DNA of 62,911 bases, filler included, from Licmophora abbreviata (taxonomy: Eukaryota), in the NCBI GenBank assembly GCA_900291995.1. It is 6 parts of 6 records of this genome, joined end to end, with 100 filler letters (N's around TTAATTAATTAA, not from the genome) between each part and the next. Parts side by side here need not be neighbours in the genome. Positions count along the whole stretch, not along the records: positions 1 to 25,669 come from OLMU01004122.1; 5 more parts are not named here. The stretch is one strand, 5' to 3'. Positions 1 to 10,104 of the stretch are shown here, piece after piece; position 1 is the stretch's first letter, and each line of letters begins with the position of its first letter. Both the position numbers and the translations under genes were made by a program. Under the pieces are notes generated by a model. It did no database searches, was not told the origin of the DNA, and worked only from the letters and a program-made list of their open reading frames with translations.

Positions 1-177
1 CCAATCCTTCTTGAGCAAGAGATATAATCGCATGTCAGGCAGTACATTGGACAAGTGCCTTGGATCTCCCGACAGTCGCATAAGCAGTCCTCCAAAGCTC
101 GCCGCAATCACCACAGACCTCTCCTTGGTAAAACTCAAATCAAACACTCTCCCATGAATGACGTGGTCATAATTGTC
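1..177 (-). pseudogene. RPB8: RNA polymerase I/II/III common subunit RPB8 (POLR2H), C-terminal half only; probable relic
   Basis: Not in the ORF track. Manual translation gives DNYDHVIHGRVFDLSFTKERSVVIAASFGGLLMRLSGDPRHLSNVLPDMRLYLLLKKDW, which carries the RPB8 signature SxGGLLM and the terminal YLLxKK. It is preceded by an in-frame TAA (178-180) and runs off the window edge. Confidence 0.75.
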
Positions 178-323
178 TTAGGCGCTGAATGCGAAAGAAA
201 CTGGGCCATCATGACATCACGATATTCGACTCGAAACGCATTCATACGACGGATCGAGACACACGATGAAAAAACTCCAATGGGAGAATAAGGCGGGTAC
301 TCTAGGCATCTGTACTATATTCT

Positions 324-1274
324 TCATTGCCCAGTGTCCCCGTTACGCAGCATCTCCTGACATTCTCCATACTTTCGTGTGAAGAAATCTCTATTGTACA
401 TTTGGCCGATGCACATCTTTGGTCGTTGGCCTCGCATACGAAAGCGACCGTATCCAAATAAACACGCATCCAGCACATAGGCATTCATGATGGAATTTCG
501 TGTCGTTTCGTCGAGAGATGCACACGATGGATGATCGGTTGTGTGTTCTCGACTTCCCGTCAAGCCTACGGGGATGGGACGTTCGAGTTCCGCAAACAAT
601 CGTTGCAAGCCTTCGTTCCAGTTCTCTTGGCACATGACGATATCAATCCCAAACCTTCCATCTGAGTACACCAGCCAGTACTCCATGGGCACAAAATGAT
701 TGAATTTCTTCTTCAATTGATACCACATTTTCGGTGTCCGATCCAGCATACTCACCCATTCTTGCACTGTGTCGACGTGGTGCATATTGAATCGTTGAGC
801 AAACGCCTGCACTTTCGGTGCGTTCGCCATTCTATACTTGACATAGTAAAATGCTGAAAGAAATCGATCGCAAGGATGCCGTATCGTGGCGGCTGTCGTA
901 AATTCGTCGATTCGGCGATCGGTCGCGTTGGCCATGACGTCTTCAATTCGGTGGTGTGACCGCGCAAAGCCACCGACGTCTCGCTTTTCCTGAAAGAGCA
1001 CCGACTCCTCGATCGTAGAGCCCCCAGTTTTCGGCACATGTATGTAAGCAAGTTTGTAGTCTCGACTTATTTGAAAGCCGCGATCTTCCTGGTACAAGGC
1101 GGCGAGGCTCTTGTAGAGTCGTCTCGATGTAGCCGTGAGTGTAGCATTTGAGGGAGTGCGATGGAAGTCTGTTCTCCGGAACGCGGTCACGACCATTAGC
1201 ACTACACACAGCGGTCCCACCCGGCACAGAGCATGCTTCCAGAATCGAAGTGGGGCCTGTTGGTGGGCTGTCAT
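324..1274 (-). CDS. Sulfotransferase family 2 (Golgi-type carbohydrate sulfotransferase)
   Basis: N-terminal hydrophobic anchor (LCVVLMVVTAF), 5'-PSB motif YIHVPKTGGST and 3'-PB motif IRHPCDRFLSAFYY; intronless 316-aa ORF. Confidence 0.9.
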   Translation of the reverse strand: MTAHQQAPLRFWKHALCRVGPLCVVLMVVTAFRRTDFHRTPSNATLTATSRRLYKSLAALYQEDRGFQISRDYKLAYIHVPKTGGSTIEESVLFQEKRDVGGFARSHHRIEDVMANATDRRIDEFTTAATIRHPCDRFLSAFYYVKYRMANAPKVQAFAQRFNMHHVDTVQEWVSMLDRTPKMWYQLKKKFNHFVPMEYWLVYSDGRFGIDIVMCQENWNEGLQRLFAELERPIPVGLTGSREHTTDHPSCASLDETTRNSIMNAYVLDACLFGYGRFRMRGQRPKMCIGQMYNRDFFTRKYGECQEMLRNGDTGQ

Positions 1275-1690
1275 GATCAGAGAGCGCCCAGTTGCTCATC
1301 CGCGAGCATACGAGCGTTGTCTGTGGCCGGTCATCGTCATGGACTCTGAATTCTCTGACTTTCAATTTGTGTGAGTTCGTGAGCTGGATACGGAATTCAG
1401 AATTCATCTGAGAGAGAACTCCGCATCGTCAGGCCGGCCTCAAACAAACGTCATTGAAATATTGAATATGTCCTAAGAATGTCGCAAAGACATTCCGTTT
1501 TCGCAATCTGCGCTTCGCTGCCGTCTGCCTTTCTTCCAAATTTGGGACAAGCGCTATTCAGGTTGAATGTCGACTGCTGTAAGCAGTATTGACCGAAGGC
1601 ACTCACCGGCGCTGCTCTGATGCTTGTGACACCCCTCCTTGGCCATCAATCCACCCTTTCTGATCGGTCTCAACTTCCCTCTGGTTCAGG

Positions 1691-4600
1691 ATGAAGAAGG
1701 CTTGCGGCAGTCGCCCCCTCCAGTCGACCTGTTTGAAACCACATTTCTCGCTGCGGTACCAGCTTTTCGTCTCGTTTGGGCTGACGAGCGCCTTGGCGAC
1801 CATCGTGGTGGTAGTAGCGTCCATATGGACTGTCCGTGAAAGCGGGGAGAGTGTAAAGAATCAAGCAGAGTCGCTCCTGACGGGTCAGGTCGAGGCCAGT
1901 ATTCGGTCTTCTTCTGCTTATGTCGCGAGAACAGTGTCGACCAAATTTGACAACTTGGGTCATGTTGCCAAGCTACTGACGGAACTGACGCGAGATCGGA
2001 TTGTGGGATACCCTGATCAAAATTACGAGGACGATCGACACGTGCCGTTTCGGGACGCTTTTTCTGGGGAGAATGTGTATCCTCTGCGGTCCGACTTGCT
2101 GCCTCCAGAGTGGAATATTTCGCAGAATGTCAACGAGTTCAACTTCCAAGAACACACAGGGGCAGAACGATGGGAGTGGTATGCAGGGTCAACCATAAGT
2201 ACGGCGCACGCTGCCTATCGTTTTCAAGGCACGTGTAATCCTGATGAGACAGACCCGACGGCCATGTCTTATTATGAAAATTGCACTGATGCCAACAACG
2301 ATGTCTTCACTGGTGGAGTCGTCCAGCCGACCGAGACGAACCGCTACCTCGCAGAAAAATCGGCAGATCTTGGTGTACTTCTCAAGCCTCTATATGAAGC
2401 ATTCATTGATGCGCAGCTGCTTGGAATATACTTTGCGAATTCAGGCGCCGGCAGCTCGGTTGTGTTCCCTCCTTCACACATTGACGGAACAAACTCTTAG
2501 AGTCAATTGGATGCGGTTGGATGAATGCGATCAACCCCTTTACGGATCAGCCGTATGCGACAGACGAGGAGATCCGTCGCTGTCACACAAAAGGAGAGCA
2601 GGTGCCGGCACGGCAATATAATCCGATGGAACGAGGGTGGTGTCGGGACCAGGCTCTTCAGCCGCAAGAGATTTTGAGTGTCGGGCCCTATCTCGACGCG
2701 TTTCAGAGAGGGTCGTGGTTGTTGACAATAGGCACCGCAGTCTTCGACCGACTTACCGGCCATTTTGTGGCTTGTACTCTGCTGGATGTGTCCATAAACC
2801 AGATTGCGGACATTCTAGAAAATTCGATTGCGGGTGCATTGGATACGGAACTGGCTCTCGTTCGATGGGATAGTGGAACAGTAGTTGCCTCGTCCGAGTG
2901 GAATGCCAGTGAGGCTACAGAGACAATGCACGTCACCGATCTTAGTTTCATGGACCAAGACACATTCGACAGCTTCCGATCGCTTGTAGACTTCGAATCT
3001 GAATGGGATCCCTCCACTTTTGACGAGATATCGCGGAACATCGTTGAGCGCGACAATGGCAACGTCCTAGCAGTGCACCTGATCCCTATTCCGCCGATGG
3101 AGTACGATGTGAACTACAGGCCCGACTTTCTAGTTATTCAGTCGATTGGGGATGAGGTCTTCAGTGCCATAGATGAAACCAATAAATCCATCGACGATGA
3201 TGTATTGAAGATTTCACTGGCAACAACGCTCATGGGGGCTTTTGGGTTGGTCTTGGTCTTGCTTGTTACGTGGACAGTCTCCAACGTCTTGACGCGACCG
3301 CTTCAGTGGATAGAAAGCGTATCGAAGCGTATCTTGAGCACACAAGTAGATAGAGACATCAAAATAAGTTTGAGCGAGGTGGAAGAACCTTTCTTTCGGT
3401 GCACACCGAAAAGCGAAGTCACTGAGCTCGTGAGCGGCTTTCGAACCATGATTATGGGGTTCAGCGGAGAAGGAGCGGCGTTGATTGCCACATCGACGGC
3501 GTCGGAAGTCAAAAATGAGCTCCTTCACCAACAGGAATTGGCAAATTTGTACTATCAGACGGATATTCACCCGAAAATTCAGCAGTCAGTGGAGGCCGCA
3601 ACGGCGACCACAGCGACTTTGCCGGGAGACGTTTCCGAGGAACCGGAAACACGGAACTTACAGGATATTAAAGAAGCAGTAGGATCAACTCCGGTCCCGA
3701 CGTCTACCGGTGAAAACCAAGAGACGAAACTGGATCAGGACGATGCCGATGCTGCGCCCCAGTTCCATGATGTTGCTTTTACTGGGGTATTGGCCGGAGA
3801 AGTCACGGGCACCGACCGACGAATTGACCCCAGTGGGCCGATCGAATTTGAAGTGCCTGATGATTTAGCTTCCTCGATCTCGAGCTGTACGATCGATACT
3901 TTTCAGCGCCGAGCCAGTTACATCAGCAACCGAAAACGGCTTATTGGGACGGGTCTCCACGCTGGATACGGGCGGAATGTTCTGATTCAAGCTCACTACG
4001 GAGGCTCCTCCAGCCGATTTCAGCCTCATCAGCACACACGGATGGACCGGTTAAATCAGGCCAGGCGGTCTCGACTGTTCTGGTGGATTGTCTCTTTGAT
4101 TGTTGCACCTTTACTTATTACAATGACTGCGATTTGTACTTTGGTCGTGTTTGAAGTGTCAAGTGTGTTACCGTCGTGGCTCGACGAGGCTGAGATCGCC
4201 TCTCGCAGTATTCAGCAGAGTTCTGTGGATACTGCAGCCACGGCGCTCGCGTTATTCACTGAGGTTCTCCTAGCAGATCACATCAAGGATCTACATCTAT
4301 TGGGTCGTGTGACAGAGTGGTTGTTGTTTGGAGGCCTATTGCTCTCGAGTAGCATGGTAGATTTGGAAGAGAGCACAGAAGAGTGCAAGGCTTTCCCGAT
4401 GGATCGATCCTGTCCATTCTTCGCTAACGACACTCGATCACCCTGCGACTGTGCATGGAATGACCTTCACGGCCATACCTGTCGGTTGTTCGAAAGCGAC
4501 TCGCGGTACTTACAGAAACAATTCTACGCTGGTCAATCCCAGGACGCCGACCCACTCGATGGTTCACGTTGGAATGTTAGCTATCCCAAAACCGATTTCA

Positions 4601-7470
4601 GTCCTGAAAACACATCGTGGTGGAATTCGCTTCCTGTTCTCCCGGGTTACGAGAATGGTCTCTCCACCACGGGACATAGTACTGCTTTCGATAGACTCAG
4701 ATCTCTGAGTTCTCTTGCAGCTGTGATCATGCCTATCTACAACCACGGGGGGTCCGATGAGCACCACCATGTGCACCACGGACACGAAGACAAGGGTGTG
4801 CAGCACCACGGCGAAGGCCATATCGGTCAACATGTCCTTGGCGCTTTTGTTGGTCTCGAGGCGGATGGGATGCTTGTAGGCTATAACGGCTGTGAACATA
4901 GTTTCGCACACCTCGCTCATTTCCAATCGACAGCAGAGAATGGCGCGGCGGACATTCGACCGGACCTGTGTCCATTGGGGAAGTACGGATACGACTCGCG
5001 ATGCCGCGGGTGGTACAGTGAAGGGAAGGCTCTTGGCAAGCCTTATATGACCCCTCCCTACGTCTTCGCTGGCGATGACTTGGTGGCAATGAGTGCGACT
5101 GCACCCTTGACGAACCCGTCGACGGGTGAACACGTGGGACAGGTTCTCGTAGACTTTATTCCCACGGATTTCTTGACGACGCTCGCGTCTTTACGCATTT
5201 GTGACTCAGACAGCGTTTTTGTAATCGTAAGCTATGCGCCCTATCGTGTATTCGGAATTCACGACAGAGCATCTAACACGTCTCATACGTTTCTTCATGC
5301 GCAGGTTATCACTCCTGAAGCTGATTCGCTTGGCGGAGACACTGTCGTCGGGCCAGGCTACGAACTTGGGTCGACGTCGCCTCCGATCGAAGATGTTGTT
5401 CTACCTTTCGATGACTCTCAAAACCGACTCGATTTCTCCCGAATAGTAGTTCGAGAAATGAAAGCTGGAATGATGGGCGATGCAACGTTTCTACGAACTG
5501 ATGCGGAAGGCAACGAGGACGAGTTTTACATAAGTTTTGCACCAGTCAAGATTCGGGCTTTAAAGTCTGTTCAACCAAACGATTTTTCTCGAGGGGTCGA
5601 GGCATCAGAAAGTTTGGTGCACTCGGTCGGAGTGGCAATTCTAGAGAATGACCTCTCGGCAGCCTTCTTGCAGATAGAGGAAGAAGCAAGGCAGTCAATC
5701 GATCAAGCAACAGCGATTGTAATAACAATCGTTGTGATCACAGCAGCTGTGATGATTATCATGACGTCTTGGATTTCGATTGCTATCACGAGACCTTTGA
5801 TAGTGCTGCTCAGGATCGTACAAGACATAAACGGAAACAGAATTCAGGATGACATCCCCACGTTAGACGGTGGTTCACGCGAAGTCCAGCAGGTATACAT
5901 GTCACTGTCGAGATTTTACCGACTTTTGCGGTCGTCCAACATTGCCTTCTTCTCCGGGAACATGCCTCTTGCCTACAAGTTTCTCAGCGACGCGCTTGGA
6001 CTTTTCCGAAGGGCCAGCGACCAGAAAGCTATTGGTATTGCGACAAACAATCTCGCGAATACTCTCTTCGTTATGCATAGGGAGAAAGTGTCGTCGACGC
6101 GATGCCGCCTTGTGAATGAGGATTGTGTCCAAGCACTGGCGTGCCAACACTACAATGAGGCAGTGGAGATCGCTCGGGAGGAATATGACTCTGATTCGGT
6201 CAGCCGAAGTGCGGACTTGCGTGCACTTTTTGCTGAGCAGCTGGCGAATCGGCTTTTCAATCGGGGCGTATTTCTATCGCTGACTATGGGCGACGCATGC
6301 GCCTCACAGGACGCTCTACATCAAGGCAAACGTGACTTGATGGAAGCTAAGGACTTGGACTGCGAGGTACGCGACTATTTGATCGACGCCAAGCTCCTTC
6401 AAAACAAGTCCGCGGCCTACTTCGATCGTCTCATGAGACGGATTCATGGTTTGATTGAACTCACGAGGAATGGGATCATCCTAGAAGATGTGTGGGACGT
6501 ATTTGGCCTCCTTGACGAGGCCGAGTCTTTGCTCTTCGTTGTTCGTAGATTGCCTGAGTCACCTTTGTTTCGCGAAGTGAGTCCTTTGGGTAGACTTCAG
6601 CAGCTCGAGAGTGTCGCGCTCGAAGCTCAGAGATATCAAGGCGACCTTACCGAAGCTGCATTTACAGGCATGCGTATGCTAGTGGAGGATGAGTATATAG
6701 AAGCGTCTGCGTTCGCACGATCTGCCAGTGCGCTGGCTTTCTTCTTGCGGGAGACGGACCAACCAAACACGGTTTCGCTTAGCCTTTCGCTTCAGAAGAT
6801 GTTGAAGGAATGCAAAATCGCGACATGCAAAGATGTCGGTAAACGAGTTGTATTCGCACTTGACCGGAGCTGCAGAGATCTGGACAACCGAATCGTTCAG
6901 AGTCTTGCCGATTTGTACAGCTCGGGGTGCTCTAAGAATGACTTGGTTGCTTTCGTTTGCGCGTCTGCAGATGTCGACGACGAGGAAGCTGAAATTGCCC
7001 GTCCGAATCCGAGTGCATTTCATCGAAAGAAGGCGATCGACAGTAGAATGTTCCCGCTGTTTGATAAGAGAAAGACATGTGCAGTGACGATAAATGGGCG
7101 TGAAGGTATCAGTCGATCGTTGCAACTGCTGCAAAAATCAACTGACTCTCGAAACATGGACACATGGATCGTCGTAGCCGTCGGCAGTCGAACTCTTGAG
7201 CCACATACCGAACTACGAGAAAAGATGGAAGCTCTGAAAGAAACAAGTACTTCCCCTGTCTATCTCGTTATCATTGGCGTCCATTTGACTGTGATGGAAG
7301 CAGCATCCTACCGCCATCTGTGCGAGATAACGCGGGGATCCGTGTACATTGACCTTCGACATGACCTGGAAGGATTGGACGACTCGATCGCCGACGTCAG
7401 GGCACTCATGACTGGCGGCGGAAAGAAAACTTGCCATGTTCCAGGAGGAATCACCATGGAGCAGTTCTGA
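1691..7470 (+). CDS. Large 4-TM receptor-like protein: [TM-Cache-like-TM-HAMP]x2 followed by TPR-like and vWA-like C-terminus; apparent 1-nt frameshift at ~2499
   Basis: ORFs 1691-2500 and 2521-7470 join if one base is inserted at 2499/2500 (..NS-Y-ESIGCGWM..). Four hydrophobic segments; two Cache-type motifs (YNPMERGW..GPYLDAF and YDSRCRGWY..PPYVFA); two HAMP starts (LTRPL, ITRPL); AIGIATNNLAN helical repeat. Intron 5227-5304 (GTAAGC..CTAAC..GCAG). Confidence 0.75.
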
Positions 7471-8256
7471 CAGGTCTGCGATCATTCACCATCCTGGTGC
7501 TTCTGGACTGCTCGCATTGCGAAGGGCCCGATCTGGTAGCGCTCTGAACACACCGACCATTGATTCATGCGAAGTCTTGGATCGCTCCCCAGTCCACTTT
7601 CATGTTGCCAGTATTGTATATTACATGTTTCACTTATTCTGGATTATGTTTCACTAGCTCACTGCCGCACCACTAATACTGTACGGTAGGTGAGACCCCT
7701 TGCCGTTGTCGAGTCCGTTGTCGATACGGCTATTTTCAATATGATACCGGTAGCTCTCGAGCTCTTGCTCAGACTATCAGATACCGTTTCTTCACATTCG
7801 AGTTCTAGGCAAGAGCTCTAGATAGCGAATTAGCTACAGTACGAGTACTCGGAGTAGTACAGTAGGCGCCCCACTGCTCTCGATCGGGGTTGCATGTACC
7901 GGTATGGAGGGAAACGAGCGGGAGATAAGAAATGAGCTCCGAGGAGTTCGCCTCCTCGCAAGAGAATGGAATGAGTCGAATCAGTCGGCGCGACATCAGA
8001 CGCGCGCGCGGCGATGTACCGCCAAGATAAAAGAAAACAAGAAAACGTAACAACTCCGGCGAGGGACCATGACACCATGGCGTGGCCACGATACGACGGC
8101 TCATCGGGCGACGTGCACGTAGCGCTTCTTGTATGCAACCCCTTGACACTCTTTCTCGTGGAGTATCTTCGATATGTAGACGGCTGTCAGGAGGGACGTG
8201 TCCATAGCATGGAGGCCTTATAATCTTCCGGCTGAATTGTCTTCGTCGCCTCGTCC

Positions 8257-9933
8257 ATGTCGACCGATCAGGAAAGATCGCATGAACACATCGTTTCCCC
8301 TGGTGAGGATGGATCGCTTCCTGGGGGAGAGAGAAGCAGCAGGCCCTTGAGGACAGGCCAGACTGGGCAAGATTCCAACGGGAACCAGTTCAACCGCGAC
8401 AATCGATTGCTCGAGGGGGATACCCAAAGAGATCACTTGACATCGTTGTCCGCAGACCACTACGAGGTAAGTAACAATTTCCGTGGCTTCACGAGATTTC
8501 ACTGTAGGTGATATGAGCAATCTCACTTAAAGTCAATCTCACTGTCTCACAAGAATGCCTTACGAAGCACGACACCCATTCCATTTCACCACACCGAAGT
8601 GGCTACCGAAGGAGAGCGACCGCAGGTCAATTCCGACACGTCGAACGACATTTACCGTCACTTGTCACCTGGTCGGACACATACGCACAGTACTAGTAGT
8701 TTACATGATGAAGAAATTGACGGCTCATCATCGCAGACTCGATGCATGCGCCAGGAGTCTTCGCACACGGACAACGGCCAACGTTGTTGGTCGGCTCACT
8801 CATCTCGGCCGTACGGCTACCCATGGCGCGACGGACACTTTGGTCACCCTGCGTCAGTTCACTCCAGCAGCTCTAGTCACCCTACACAGATTTTCAGCGC
8901 TTCCTCGTTCCAGCATGGCTACGGCGGCGCCCCAGTGGTCACCATGCAAGGACCTCCGACTCCCGCCGCCTCGTTTGAATCACACGGCAGCGTCCCATTC
9001 ACGCCCGCATACATGGTGGGCGGCACAGGTCCGGTTGTTTCATATTCGTATGGACCTCATCAGCTCATCGCATACCCAGGTTATTCTCCCCCTCAAACTT
9101 ACTTCCCCACATGGTTTGCGCCCACGCCTCAGCAGCCTGTCGAGTACATCAAGAGCATCAAAACTACGGACGTTCTCTGTGGAAGGGGCGGAGCAACCAA
9201 CTCTCATTCTGGCAACCGGTCGTTCCGTTCACTTGTTAAGACTCACCAGGGGAGCTATTTAATGGCGAAAAAACGCGATAAGCCGTCAGTCGCCGCTAAG
9301 GTTGTTGAACTGATTCGGAAGCGTGGCGGTCGATTTTTGCGGAGGTGCGAGCCTACTGTGAATGGAAACGTCTTGTGGGTTGACATTGGTGACGAGCGAG
9401 CTCGAGAAAAGACTTGTCAAGCTCTACGAGAGGGAGCACCCGAACTGCGTCGGAGACGCGTTAAGAGCCAGTCCACCGATGAAGACGATGTCGCTAGCCG
9501 GACGCGAACGACCGACGAGGACGACTTGCTTTCGACTGCGTCAAGTTTCGATCGGAGGGGCTCTAGAAATCACAGAGCCGTGGATGCGGACTCTCCAGCA
9601 GCGACACGTCTTGATAACTTTGCTGGTTACGAGTATAAAGTAGCCAAGTCCGAGGAAAGCGAGAAGTCGGAATCGCGGGACGATTGTGAGTCCTCTTACA
9701 TTCTGCGCCCGTCTCATCGTCTGTTGAAACGGGCAGTTGCCGAGATCTCTGTAAGTGAGCTCTCCCATGAGGAACGAGATCTCTACAAGAATTTTATCCC
9801 TCCAAATCCGGTCTCGCAAAAGATTCCTCGACGGGCGGAGCGCCATCTTGAGCCTCGACATTACACGAGTTACGATGAAATGGATGAAACAGACGACGAC
9901 GAGCCCTGGTCTTCCTCGTTTGAAGAGGTGTAA
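8257..9933 (+). CDS. DUF6824-domain protein (diatom-expanded family, putative transcriptional regulator)
   Basis: Motif DVLCGRGGATNSHSGNRSFR...GGRFL...WVDIGDERAREKTCQALRE. Exon 8257-8466, phase-0 intron 8467-8553 (GTAAGT..AAG), exon 8554-9933 in frame. Confidence 0.85.
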
Positions 9934-10104
9934 GCAGGAGACTGGGGGATCAAGAATACTTTGTTGAAGGCCATGTGCGCGCTCTCACGTAGAATGCACC
10001 TGTATCTGAGTTGGTCATTCGCTATATATTTTGCTTCGCCTACTAAACGATAACTAAGCGAGTTTCTCTCTGGAACGCAGTAACCGATCGACCGCCGCGT
10101 CTGC

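Noticed and set aside
8555..9262. 235-aa alternative-frame ORF overlapping the DUF6824 gene
   Set aside because: The splice phase of intron 8467-8553 selects the other frame, and this ORF has no recognisable domain.
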